Part shown: positions 37,722 through 47,415 of the stretch, one piece after another
Layout: each line of letters starts with the position of its first letter
How positions within the stretch are numbered: position 1 is the first letter of the stretch
Assembly (NCBI GenBank): GCA_963790805.1
Contig: CAWBPL010000002.1
Span: 1,148,860 to 1,212,859 of the forward strand
Source of the DNA: Candidatus Gottesmanbacteria bacterium
GTDB taxonomy: Bacteria; Patescibacteriota; Microgenomatia; UBA10105; UBA927
Direction: 5' to 3'
Length of the DNA: 64,000 nucleotides
The notes under the pieces: model-generated
What the model was told of the DNA's origin: nothing
Database searches by the model: none
Seen by the model: only the letters and a program-made list of their open reading frames with translations
Made by a program: the position numbers and the translations under genes

Positions 37722-38810
37722 TTATGTTACTATTTTTTTTATTTGATTGATACGTAAAGCTTCCCGGATTTCCATGGCAACGCGTCTGCCCATCGACAGA
37801 TTTTTCCCATACAGATATCCACCATATGGCGTCGCTGAAATCCCCGGTGAACCAGGCATACGCGGTGACACGTCAACGACAACGATATCTTTCTTTGGCG
37901 GACCGGGAGTGATAATAGATTGCAGTGCAAATGGGCCAATAATACCCGGAGCAAAATGTTTGGAAGCGGCCCGAACAAATGATTCGCCGTAAGAAAATGC
38001 CTGCTCAAGTAACGATTCCAAAACAGTCACAGCAATATGTCCTGCTTCTTCATACGACACTCCAGTAGATGTAAGTAAATCTTCCTGATACGGCGCGGGT
38101 GCACGCAAAAGCCCATCGAGATTCGTTTGTCGTCTCGTATCGGTTCCAATAAGCTCAAGCCGCTTGTGGATTGGAGAATAAAAGAAATTAAAATTTACTT
38201 GAGCACCTAACACATATTCTTCAATAACTGCCGCGTCCAAAGCTTCCTTTGAAATTTTTCCATTCTTTAACATTTCTTCACTTTTCCGTTTAAATTCGGC
38301 TGGCGATGATGCCAGAAAAAAGGCCCGCTCGAACTTCCGCTCTTTTTCAGAAACTTTAATGAGGCACAAGCGATCAATCTCTTTTGGTGAAGAGAAATGT
38401 TTGGGATAACGGATACCTGCATGGTCAAGGAGATTATATTGATTGGGATGGCGTTCCCTTTCTTCAATTTTCAAAAGCTGTTTATTACCAAACATCGGCG
38501 CGAGGAAAGCGGTTTCCATGGCTTCATAATCAAAATGACAATAGGCTTCAAAAGACCGGTTGGGGACGAATATCGCTTTTTTCTTTTTTAAGACAGCCTG
38601 AACGCGCGGCGTTAATATATCTGAAAAATGGGTTAACTCCAGACACTCATCTACACATCCTATTGATCCGTTGGTCGCAAAGTAGTGTTCGTACGTTTTT
38701 TCTCTTCCTTTTTCCGTAATAACCAGCGTTGCAAACCCCTCGTCTTTCGCACCTCGGCATACATCCAGTGCGCTATGACTTCCCAAAACTGCTATCGTCG
38801 ATTTTTGCAT
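37722..38810 (-). CDS. purP: PurP-type (archaeal, ATP-grasp, formate-dependent) FAICAR synthetase paralog 2
   Basis: IAVLGSHSALDVCRGAKDEGF N-terminus and an ATP-grasp C-terminal half. Homologous to the adjacent ORF. Confidence 0.75.
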   Translation of the reverse strand: MQKSTIAVLGSHSALDVCRGAKDEGFATLVITEKGREKTYEHYFATNGSIGCVDECLELTHFSDILTPRVQAVLKKKKAIFVPNRSFEAYCHFDYEAMETAFLAPMFGNKQLLKIEERERHPNQYNLLDHAGIRYPKHFSSPKEIDRLCLIKVSEKERKFERAFFLASSPAEFKRKSEEMLKNGKISKEALDAAVIEEYVLGAQVNFNFFYSPIHKRLELIGTDTRRQTNLDGLLRAPAPYQEDLLTSTGVSYEEAGHIAVTVLESLLEQAFSYGESFVRAASKHFAPGIIGPFALQSIITPGPPKKDIVVVDVSPRMPGSPGISATPYGGYLYGKNLSMGRRVAMEIREALRINQIKKIVT

Positions 38811-38812
38811 AA

Positions 38813-39823
38813 TTACAGTAATATCTCACTCAGTTTTTTCTTTCGTATTGCAATTTTTATCTCACGCGCAATCCTTCGCCCCGTGCTCATCGGTTCATCA
38901 TAGGTTAAATACGTATACGGTGAGCCTTCTGTGAAAAGATTCGTTCCGGCAACTATTCTACAGGAAATTTCCATAGCGTAAAACTTCTGATCAGGAGTAA
39001 TGATGGTTTCCAAACAAAATGGCCCGATAAGCCCACCTCCTCCAATCAATTTTTTGGACGCTTTAACAACCCGTTCACCCATTGCATATACCTCAGGAAG
39101 CAGTGATTCCCGTAAAACCAGAGGAGAATTACCAACAACAACGTAGGTAGGATCAACGTTCATTTCCTTTTGATACGCAAAAGGAATTCTTCCCAATCCA
39201 TCGGCATTTGTTTCATACCGCCTGTCAATGCTCATAAGTTCAACAGTATTGGTAATCGGTGAATAAAAAAAATGTGGATAACACGTTACGCCCACGACAT
39301 ACCGTTGTATGACATAGCGTGAAGAGGGCATTGAACCGATTTTCGCCTCAAAATCAGCTTTATTTGCCGCAAAAAAATATCCGGATCCTCCTGCGGCACC
39401 AAAGGACTTTACAATAACCGGATATTCAATATTTTTAAGCGCATATTCGTCAGGAACACGTATGTCAGCTGCCAAAAGCCATTTCCTCTGCAACCCCCGA
39501 TCTTCTTCCCAATCCAGTACTTTTTTGTTTCCAAAATAAGGTATCGTCAACCGTTTATTTCCCTCTTTTCCTAAATATGCCACAAACGACCCATGCGGAA
39601 TCAAAATACAATTATCTTGTACTAACTGCTTTTCAACTTTTGGAAATTCTGAAAATGTCGAAACGGTAACAATGCGATCAATGAATTGAAACCGGCGGTA
39701 AAATGATGCTTTCTTTTCTTCCGAAACAAGAAGCGTACGAAATCCTTCATCTTTTGCGCCTTTGAGAATCTGTAAAGCGCTATGACTTCCGAGAGTGGCG
39801 ATGGTATATGGTTTGTTTCTCAT
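38813..39823 (-). CDS. purP: PurP-type FAICAR synthetase paralog 1
   Basis: IATLGSHSALQILKGAKDEGFRTL is the characteristic PurP (DUF1246/DUF1297) N-terminus. Confidence 0.8.
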   Translation of the reverse strand: MRNKPYTIATLGSHSALQILKGAKDEGFRTLLVSEEKKASFYRRFQFIDRIVTVSTFSEFPKVEKQLVQDNCILIPHGSFVAYLGKEGNKRLTIPYFGNKKVLDWEEDRGLQRKWLLAADIRVPDEYALKNIEYPVIVKSFGAAGGSGYFFAANKADFEAKIGSMPSSRYVIQRYVVGVTCYPHFFYSPITNTVELMSIDRRYETNADGLGRIPFAYQKEMNVDPTYVVVGNSPLVLRESLLPEVYAMGERVVKASKKLIGGGGLIGPFCLETIITPDQKFYAMEISCRIVAGTNLFTEGSPYTYLTYDEPMSTGRRIAREIKIAIRKKKLSEILL

Positions 39824-39828
39824 AGGTC

Positions 39829-40629
39829 TTAAGAAAAATAGTGTACCGCATTTCTGAATATCTGCATACCCGGTCCTTCTTCGGGGATCGGTTTACCCTC
39901 ACGCATCATATGCTCTTTGCGATTCGGAAAATCTGGTAATTGGGTAAATAAAATTGCCCGTTCAGGATGCGGCATCATACCAAACAACCGTCCGCTTTCA
40001 TCTGTAATTCCGGCGATATTTTCAAGAGTCCCCGTCGGATTGACGGGTAAATGTCGAAAGTCATACATTTCGCCTTCACAGTATCGAAGCGCAATTAAAT
40101 TTTTCTTTTTCATTTCTCCCAATGTCTTGGGATCTGCATAAAATCTTCCTTCCCCGTGTGCAATAGGTACTGGAAGCGTTTTTATCCCGGCAAGCCATGG
40201 GCTATCATTTATGACTTCAACGTCACACCAGCGTACCGTATATCGCGTGCTTTCGTTGGCAAGCAAAGCAACTTGTTTTTCTCCATATTTGCCGCCCAAT
40301 GCCGGCACGAGACCCAAACTAACAAGAATTTGAAACCCGTTGCAAATACCGATAATCAAATGATCGGTGTGAGCAAAATGATCTATTTCACTCCAAAGGT
40401 GATTTTTCAATTTGCTTGCATATGCATTTCCACTCCCGGTATCATCTCCATACGCAAACCCTCCGGGAAAAACCATAATTTGGTATAGCGAAAGAATTTT
40501 GGGATTTTCTATCACATCATTAATATGAATGATGTCGGCTACAGCTCGGGCTTTCTCAAAAGCAAACTTTGTTTCACTTTCAGTGTTAAGTCCGTACCCC
40601 GATAAAATAAGTACGTTTGGCTTTTTCAT
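39829..40629 (-). CDS. purQ: FGAM synthase glutaminase subunit
   Basis: Class I GATase triad context GICNGFQ...MPHPER. Confidence 0.9.
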   Translation of the reverse strand: MKKPNVLILSGYGLNTESETKFAFEKARAVADIIHINDVIENPKILSLYQIMVFPGGFAYGDDTGSGNAYASKLKNHLWSEIDHFAHTDHLIIGICNGFQILVSLGLVPALGGKYGEKQVALLANESTRYTVRWCDVEVINDSPWLAGIKTLPVPIAHGEGRFYADPKTLGEMKKKNLIALRYCEGEMYDFRHLPVNPTGTLENIAGITDESGRLFGMMPHPERAILFTQLPDFPNRKEHMMREGKPIPEEGPGMQIFRNAVHYFS

Positions 40630-40632
40630 AGA

Positions 40633-43602
40633 TCAATATTCCTTAAACGTCTGCTCATACGACTTTTGCATCGTTTCGACTGTAGTATCAATAACTGGAT
40701 TATTATCACGATCCCGTACAATAACCCGCGAAGATTCTGTCACTTCACCCAATAATGTAATTGAATTCCCCCGCATCAGCAGTTCAAACCGTTTAACATT
40801 TTTTGGTGCAACTGTGATTAGAATCCGTCCCTGACTTTCTGAAAATAAGCTGCTGTCAGTACGCTGTATTTTTTCTGACAGAGATGGCAAGTTTATATCG
40901 ATTCCCAATTGTCCGCCGATTGCTGTTTTTGCCATGGCCATGGCAAATCCTCCACGTCCGACGCTTTGAGCTGAAGCCACATAATTTGCCGTGATACATC
41001 GGGACAAAGCGCAGTACAATTTCCAATTTTTCTTGGCGTCAACGTGAGGGACATTTTTCCCAAAGCCAGACCGGCCTTGGGTTTCGTTCAAAAAAGAATA
41101 ATACTCCGATCCACCTAATTCATCATAGGTGTCACCCAAAAGATAAACACGATCGCCGGGTATTTTTGCATCAAGCGACACTGAGTGCACGACATCTTTT
41201 ACCATGCCAATGGCTGAGATAAGAAGTGTCGGGGGGATCGAAACAGAAATAGGATTACCGTTGCCATCAAATCCGCGGAAATCATTAAACATACTATCTT
41301 TACCGGAAATAAAAGGAGTTTGATAGGACACCGCATAGTCATAACATGATTTAACCGTTCGAACGAGTTGTCCCAACCTCACGGGATCATTCCCACTGCA
41401 CCAGCAAAAATTATCCAGTAGTGCGATTTTAGTTGGATCGGCGCCCGCCGCTATAACGTTACGGATCGCTGTATCGATAGTACTTGCCGCCATATGATAC
41501 ATGTCGACATCGCCATAGGACGGATAAAGGGAGTGGGATAAGACAATACCTGTTCTTGAATTGAGAAGCGGGCACAACACAAACGAATCACCATTCACGT
41601 TTCCTTTTCCCTGTAATGGTTTTAAAACACTCGTTCCTTGCACTTCATAATCATACTGCGATGAAATATACGAGTAACTGGCCATGTTTTGCCGTGAGAG
41701 CATCAAAAGCAGCGTCTGGGAATAATCAGCATTTGATGGAGTCACAGGAGCTGACGCCATTTTGCTTTCGTAAACTGGGTGTAAAGTATGCTTGGGAAGA
41801 CCATCGTGGAGGAATTTCATATCAATATCCATAACGTCCTTCCCGTCAAACTCTACGATGCACCTACCTGACTTTGTAAATGTACCGATTACCGTCGCCT
41901 CTACTGCACGACGCTTCATCAACTTTTGAAGTGCCCCTAACTTATTGCTGGGCACAGCGAGAGTCATACGCTCTTGAGATTCGGAAATCCATATTTGCCA
42001 AGGAGAAAGCCCTGCATACTTGAGGGGTACTTTTGATAACTCAACAATGCACCCGCCGGACTCTTTGGCCATTTCAGCAACTGAGCAGGAAAGGCCGCCA
42101 GCGCCGTTATCGGTAATACTCGTATATAAACCCAAATCACGCGCTTCGTTAACAACGGCGTCACTTAATTTTTTCTGTGTTATAGGATCCCCAATCTGTA
42201 CCGCCCCCTGAGGGCTCCCGCTATTAAGCGCCTCTGAGGAAAATGTTGCACCGTGAATCCCGTCAAGGCCCACTCGACCGCCAATCATGACGATCAAATC
42301 ACCCAGCCTCGCTTTTTTCATATGCGACTTCACTCCATGTACTTTTTTAGGGATAAGGCCAACGGTTCCCGCAAAAACAAGCGGCTTTCCTTTATACCGG
42401 GAGTCAAAATACACAAAGCCTTGCGGGGTAGGAATTCCGGAACAGTTTCCCCCTGCATTAATTCCTGAGACGACACCATCTAAGACCCTTCGCGGCGAAA
42501 GCATGGGTTGTGTTTTGACGGAATCCCGATAAAGGACCGTTGTGTCATTTGGATTTCCGACGCAGAATCCGTACATATTCATAATGGGTTTCGCGCCAAG
42601 CCCAAATCCGATTGCGTCACGATTTACTCCGACAATGCCGGTGATAGCTCCTCCAAACGGATCAAGTGCAGATGGACTATTATGTGTTTCTACTTTATGA
42701 GTAATGAGATAATCACGATCGAATGCTATAGCTCCTGAATTATCCGTAAATACGGAGACGCAGAAATTCCGTTTACTTTTATTTTTAATGATCCGGTTTG
42801 TTGCTCCCTTGATATACGTGCGGTAAAGCCCTTGGGGGGCGCCATCAATTGAATCAGAGAAAATAGTATGCTTACAATGTTCGCTCCATGTTTGAGCGAG
42901 GGATTCAAGTTCTACGTCTGTCGGATTTCTTCCCTTTTTTTTAAAATATGCTTGTATTGCTTTAAGATACGACAAATCAAGAGCAAGCGGACCTCTTCTG
43001 GTTCCATCTGTATTTGCAATTCCCAACTTTCCAATTTCAACAAGCGTCATATCGTCGACATTGAGATTCACGTGAGAGATATTATTTTGAGAAGTGAGAT
43101 GCACTTTAGGCACACTTTTTCCCATACCGTGGTCTTTTGTATATTCTCTACTATTTTTTATGATGACGCGCTCAATGAGCGGATTATAAAGACTATCCGC
43201 AATTTTTCTTACGTCGTTTTCTTTCAACTGCTTTTCTAAGTAGATGACTTTAGATGTATACACACCTTCTTCTTTTCCAAATGATTTTCCTAACCGATCC
43301 TCTATCATTTCTTTCGCTGTTGTGGCAACGTTATCTGTAACACCAGGCAAAAAACCTACTTCAATAGCCCATGCAAATTCTTTCGGTGCCAAAGCCCGAT
43401 TCATTCCATTCTTTTGCGTTTTGGGATGGGTTAAAAGGGCTGCAATATTGATTAATTCTTTCTGAGAGAACTCTTTATCCAAAGTATATACGTCGACGAC
43501 ATGGACGAGTCCTGTTGCAAATCCATTTGCCAAAAATTTTCGCTGCAAAACGGATGCTCGAGTATCCGGTATCGTCATGGTAACTTCAATACGCGTAATC
43601 AT
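40633..43602 (-). CDS. purL: FGAM synthase subunit PurL with a fused PurS-like N-terminal domain
   Basis: WSEHCKH and AIR-synthase-like repeats of PurL. An extra ~250 aa at the N-terminus resembles the PurS / large-PurL N-domain. Start set at MITRIEV. Confidence 0.85.
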   Translation of the reverse strand: MITRIEVTMTIPDTRASVLQRKFLANGFATGLVHVVDVYTLDKEFSQKELINIAALLTHPKTQKNGMNRALAPKEFAWAIEVGFLPGVTDNVATTAKEMIEDRLGKSFGKEEGVYTSKVIYLEKQLKENDVRKIADSLYNPLIERVIIKNSREYTKDHGMGKSVPKVHLTSQNNISHVNLNVDDMTLVEIGKLGIANTDGTRRGPLALDLSYLKAIQAYFKKKGRNPTDVELESLAQTWSEHCKHTIFSDSIDGAPQGLYRTYIKGATNRIIKNKSKRNFCVSVFTDNSGAIAFDRDYLITHKVETHNSPSALDPFGGAITGIVGVNRDAIGFGLGAKPIMNMYGFCVGNPNDTTVLYRDSVKTQPMLSPRRVLDGVVSGINAGGNCSGIPTPQGFVYFDSRYKGKPLVFAGTVGLIPKKVHGVKSHMKKARLGDLIVMIGGRVGLDGIHGATFSSEALNSGSPQGAVQIGDPITQKKLSDAVVNEARDLGLYTSITDNGAGGLSCSVAEMAKESGGCIVELSKVPLKYAGLSPWQIWISESQERMTLAVPSNKLGALQKLMKRRAVEATVIGTFTKSGRCIVEFDGKDVMDIDMKFLHDGLPKHTLHPVYESKMASAPVTPSNADYSQTLLLMLSRQNMASYSYISSQYDYEVQGTSVLKPLQGKGNVNGDSFVLCPLLNSRTGIVLSHSLYPSYGDVDMYHMAASTIDTAIRNVIAAGADPTKIALLDNFCWCSGNDPVRLGQLVRTVKSCYDYAVSYQTPFISGKDSMFNDFRGFDGNGNPISVSIPPTLLISAIGMVKDVVHSVSLDAKIPGDRVYLLGDTYDELGGSEYYSFLNETQGRSGFGKNVPHVDAKKNWKLYCALSRCITANYVASAQSVGRGGFAMAMAKTAIGGQLGIDINLPSLSEKIQRTDSSLFSESQGRILITVAPKNVKRFELLMRGNSITLLGEVTESSRVIVRDRDNNPVIDTTVETMQKSYEQTFKEY

Positions 43603-43606
43603 ATAT

Positions 43607-44875
43607 TTAGGTAAGTCCGATATCCTTTCGATAATACATTCCGTCAAATTCAATCACTGTTTTGATATAGGTATATATTTTTTCCCGAACCTCCTGTACC
43701 GTTTTTCCCGTAGCGACGACCCCTAAAACTCTTCCACCGTGAGAAACAACCGTATCATGATCAATTGCCGTACCTGCGTGAAATATCATTATTCCATTTT
43801 GATCGAGAACACTTGTCAAACCGCGAATAACTTTTCCGGTAACGTACATACCAGGATACCCGCCCGAGGCAACGACGACACAAACGGCTTTTTTATCACT
43901 CCAACGCACCATATCCGCTGATAAATTTCCTTTAACGCATGACAATAATATTGTGTAGAGATCACTTTCTAAAAGTGGAAGTTGCGTTTGCGTTTCGGGA
44001 TCTCCAAACCGGCAATTAAATTCCAAAATGTATGCGTCATCACCAACAACCATAATACCCGCATAGAGAATACCGTGAAACGGAATTCCTTCTTTTTTCA
44101 TCGCATCAACCGTAAGAGCAAGCAACCGGTGGATTTTTTTAAATACTGTTGGTTTTACCCGTGTGGCCGGTGTTACCGATCCCATGCCACCGGTATTGCC
44201 CCCACGATCCCCATCAAATATTCTTTTGTAATCCTGCGCCGCAATGAGTGGAACCGCGTGGATCCCGTCACAAAACGCCATCATCGACACTTCTTTCCCG
44301 CTAAGTTTTTTCTGTATCACTATTTTCTTTCCGGCCTCCCCAAAAACCGCTTTAACCATTAACTGTTCTACGGCGCTGTAGGCTTCTTCAATTGAATCGC
44401 ATACATACACTCCTTTTCCCTGACATAATCCGTCTGCTTTTATAACGCAGGATCCTCCTGAGGCATCAATATATTTTTTCGCCTTTGAAACATCGGTAAA
44501 TATTGCAGATAGCGGGATGGGTAAGCCATGGCGTTTCATAAAATCCGTAGCCCATGCCTTACTGTTTTCTAATCGCGCTGCTTTCTGAGTTGGTCCAAAT
44601 GCGGATAATCCCTCTGCTGCGAACCGATCGACAAGTGCGTTAGCAAGTGGTGCCTCAGGGCCCACAACTGTGAGGTCAACATCATGGGTTTTTGCAAAAT
44701 CGACAAGCGCTGGAGTGTCTTCTGGAGAAATGTCAACGTTTTCTCCCACCTGCCCCGTTCCGCCGTTTCCCGGCGCAAAATAGATATTTTCAACAAGTGG
44801 CGACATACTCAATTTCCACCCGAGAGTATGTTCTCTCCCGCCAGAACCGATAATGAGTATAGTTTTTTTAGCCAT
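43607..44875 (-). CDS. purD: Phosphoribosylamine-glycine ligase (GAR synthetase)
   Basis: ILIIGSGGREHTL and an ATP-grasp core. Start set at MAKKT. Confidence 0.9.
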   Translation of the reverse strand: MAKKTILIIGSGGREHTLGWKLSMSPLVENIYFAPGNGGTGQVGENVDISPEDTPALVDFAKTHDVDLTVVGPEAPLANALVDRFAAEGLSAFGPTQKAARLENSKAWATDFMKRHGLPIPLSAIFTDVSKAKKYIDASGGSCVIKADGLCQGKGVYVCDSIEEAYSAVEQLMVKAVFGEAGKKIVIQKKLSGKEVSMMAFCDGIHAVPLIAAQDYKRIFDGDRGGNTGGMGSVTPATRVKPTVFKKIHRLLALTVDAMKKEGIPFHGILYAGIMVVGDDAYILEFNCRFGDPETQTQLPLLESDLYTILLSCVKGNLSADMVRWSDKKAVCVVVASGGYPGMYVTGKVIRGLTSVLDQNGIMIFHAGTAIDHDTVVSHGGRVLGVVATGKTVQEVREKIYTYIKTVIEFDGMYYRKDIGLT

Positions 44876-45626
44876 TGGGAAATAACTGTATAGCCAATGT
44901 TTTCGCACCGGCCAATATATGTGAAAATTTTGTATCAAGCGATTTGTGTTGTTTTACCATTAAAACTCGGCCTGTCGCGAAACGAGACAGAGCCTCAATA
45001 ACATTTTCATGCTCAATCCGTAATAATGTTCTCTGTACGTCCCTCGTTTGTTTCATAAGGTTAGAAGGATCATGAGTTAGCTCGCTAAGAGTTATCGTTG
45101 CCAGATCGATATCCAACGGCATTTTTTTGGAGCTTATAATTGCTCCCTCATCAAATCCGGACGTTACAAAATGCACAACGCTCGCCGTCCATGGATTTTC
45201 CTCATGCGTAACACGAAAATATGCCAAGGTAGCACACGTCACCCGCGACCCATACATTCCTTTCCCACCAAACTCAGGGAGACGCCCAGGATGTTGATTG
45301 ATGATCTTGTCATGATATGCGGAAATCACATTGAGAGGAGTTAGAGGCAACCAGCCGTTTTGCGAAACTAAATCAACGTCGTATTTTTTGAGTACGGAAA
45401 GCAGCTCTTCACCAAATTCAGAAGCCGTGGAAAATTCCTTACGGTTGACAACTACCGATGGTATGTTGTATTTTTCTACTCGTGTTAATCCATATGCCCC
45501 CGCAACGCTCGCTATTACCACGACTGGCTCAATGCCCTGAAGAGAACCGTTCTTGACAGCTTCAAGTATCGCCTCGGCAGTCGTGCCTCCACCGGAAATA
45601 AGAAGAGCGGTTCGAAGGCGTTTCAT
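44868..45626 (-). CDS. purN: GAR formyltransferase (PurN-like)
   Basis: LISGGGTTAEAIL, INQHPGRLPEFGG (compare NIHPSLLP), FDEGAII. Longer than typical PurN. Confidence 0.7.
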   Translation of the reverse strand: MKRLRTALLISGGGTTAEAILEAVKNGSLQGIEPVVVIASVAGAYGLTRVEKYNIPSVVVNRKEFSTASEFGEELLSVLKKYDVDLVSQNGWLPLTPLNVISAYHDKIINQHPGRLPEFGGKGMYGSRVTCATLAYFRVTHEENPWTASVVHFVTSGFDEGAIISSKKMPLDIDLATITLSELTHDPSNLMKQTRDVQRTLLRIEHENVIEALSRFATGRVLMVKQHKSLDTKFSHILAGAKTLAIQLFPNG

Positions 45627-47218
45627 ATACCCGTCTCCTTATAGGAAAAAATACCAATTTTTTTATACGCAAAGTGCCGCTGAATATGCGGAAATGGCGG
45701 AATTAAAACTTTTTGGCCTTTTTTTTCTTTTGGCGAATGATGATAGTTGCGATTCCCGAACACATCGACCGGAGGCCGGTGACCGACCATACACCCCATA
45801 CAAAACCCTTTTGCTTTTGGATCGCCGGTGAGTGCCTCTTTCAGCCCATGGGCCGTTATATACGCAAGGGAATCCGCTTTTAAGTATTTGCGAATTTTTT
45901 CAACATCGTTACCAAATCGCGAAGAGACAAGCTCGTTAATGGTTCGTGTGTTAACACCTAAATGACACGCTTTATCAATCTGAGGGCTTAAGACGCGTAT
46001 ATGAACAGAGCGTACGCCATAGTGGTGCGTCAATAAATATACGAGTCCCTTTGTTATATTACCCCGAACGATCGAATCATCGACTAAAACCACGCGTCTG
46101 CCGAAAAGCGCCTGACTGTCAAAGTGAAAATGATGCAGGACTTTCTGATAAATGCTTTCAATATCCGCAGTCATGAATGTCCGCTGTTCCGTAAGAGTTC
46201 CGGCTCTATCAGTAATAGCTTGAAAATACGGTATATCAAGTGCCCGGGCGTACACCATGCCTCCTTCGATCCCTGTACCAGGGACCCCAATAACCATATC
46301 GACAATTCTGCGATCGACAGGTGCTTCGCGGGCAAGTATTTTTCCGCATCGTCTTCGCACATCATCAACAGTAGGAGATTTTTTAATCGCCCGCTGATTG
46401 GTGCGAGGTAAATGGGCTCGCCCCGCCCCGTGGTGCAAATATATATTTTCAAAAATGCAAAGCGCCCGCTCACGATTTTGATGCCGCGCTAAAACTTCCA
46501 AACCTTTTTGTGAGATTTTGCCGACAGTGCCTGGGAGTAATTCAAAATAATCAGTAACTCCCATAGCCTCAAGCGCACTTGTTTCAGAGGCTGCAACCCA
46601 AATGTATTGATTGATTGATGCATCCCATATGTGACCATAGACGAATGGCCGAAACCCCCAAGGGTCACGTGCGACATACAACGCGTCTTTTGTGCTTATA
46701 ACCAAACTCCACGCTCCCCGCATCTGGCCAATGAGAGGTACAATACGGTCTTCCCACGTACGACCGCTTTGCTTGCTCAACCGTTTTGTAAAAAGCAGTG
46801 TGTCGCTCTGTTTTGCTTCAGTCGCATTCCCCGATCGGGAAAATTGTCCGTTATGAACAACAACGAACGTCTCACCGAATTCTTCATGTGAGGAGATAAT
46901 CGGTTGAACATTGTCGGAGACAAACGCGCCACTTGTACCATATCGTACCTGGAAAACCCAACTGCGCGCCTGAAATAATTTGAAATTTTCAACAACTTTC
47001 GGCGAAAACACTTCCCGCACCATTCCTTGTCCTTTATATTGTGATATGTGCCCGCTTGTATCCAGTGCACAAAATCCGGCGCCGTCATATCCTCGTGTTT
47101 GTAACACAGATAACCCTGCCAGCCCTTTTTCAAAAAACGGTACGTTCATCGGAGAAAAAGAAGCTACTATGCCGCAGTGGTCCTGAAGCGGTTTTTTTTC
47201 TTCATAAAGAATACTCAT
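45623..47218 (-). CDS. purF: Amidophosphoribosyltransferase
   Basis: Ntn Cys in ...DHCGIVA, PRT motif VVLVDDSIVRGNI. A C-terminal extension is present. Confidence 0.9.
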   Translation of the reverse strand: MSILYEEKKPLQDHCGIVASFSPMNVPFFEKGLAGLSVLQTRGYDGAGFCALDTSGHISQYKGQGMVREVFSPKVVENFKLFQARSWVFQVRYGTSGAFVSDNVQPIISSHEEFGETFVVVHNGQFSRSGNATEAKQSDTLLFTKRLSKQSGRTWEDRIVPLIGQMRGAWSLVISTKDALYVARDPWGFRPFVYGHIWDASINQYIWVAASETSALEAMGVTDYFELLPGTVGKISQKGLEVLARHQNRERALCIFENIYLHHGAGRAHLPRTNQRAIKKSPTVDDVRRRCGKILAREAPVDRRIVDMVIGVPGTGIEGGMVYARALDIPYFQAITDRAGTLTEQRTFMTADIESIYQKVLHHFHFDSQALFGRRVVLVDDSIVRGNITKGLVYLLTHHYGVRSVHIRVLSPQIDKACHLGVNTRTINELVSSRFGNDVEKIRKYLKADSLAYITAHGLKEALTGDPKAKGFCMGCMVGHRPPVDVFGNRNYHHSPKEKKGQKVLIPPFPHIQRHFAYKKIGIFSYKETGI

Positions 47219-47239
47219 ATATTCATCTAAAACACCCCA

Positions 47240-47266
47240 TCAAAAAGCCCCGTCAAATGCGGGGCT
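47240..47266 (-). terminator. Intrinsic-terminator hairpin in the purF leader (candidate attenuator)
   Basis: Minus strand AGCCCCG-cauuuga-CGGGGCU followed by UUUUUG, 21 nt before the purF ATG. Confidence 0.6.
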
Positions 47267-47367
47267 AGACCACCCAAGTTTTACCAATAAAAAAAACGAT
47301 AACACCATTTGTTTACGCATTGGGATTACCAACAACGAGAACTTGGCATTACCGTAGTCCTAATTGA

Positions 47368-47396
47368 AGGATACGTTAGGCACAAAGAACTGTCAA
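47368..47396 (-). promoter_or_regulatory. Promoter of the purine operon
   Basis: Minus strand TTGACA-17 nt-TATCCT, giving a leader of about 140 nt. Confidence 0.55.
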
Positions 47397-47415
47397 TATA
47401 TCAACAGGAGTTAGT

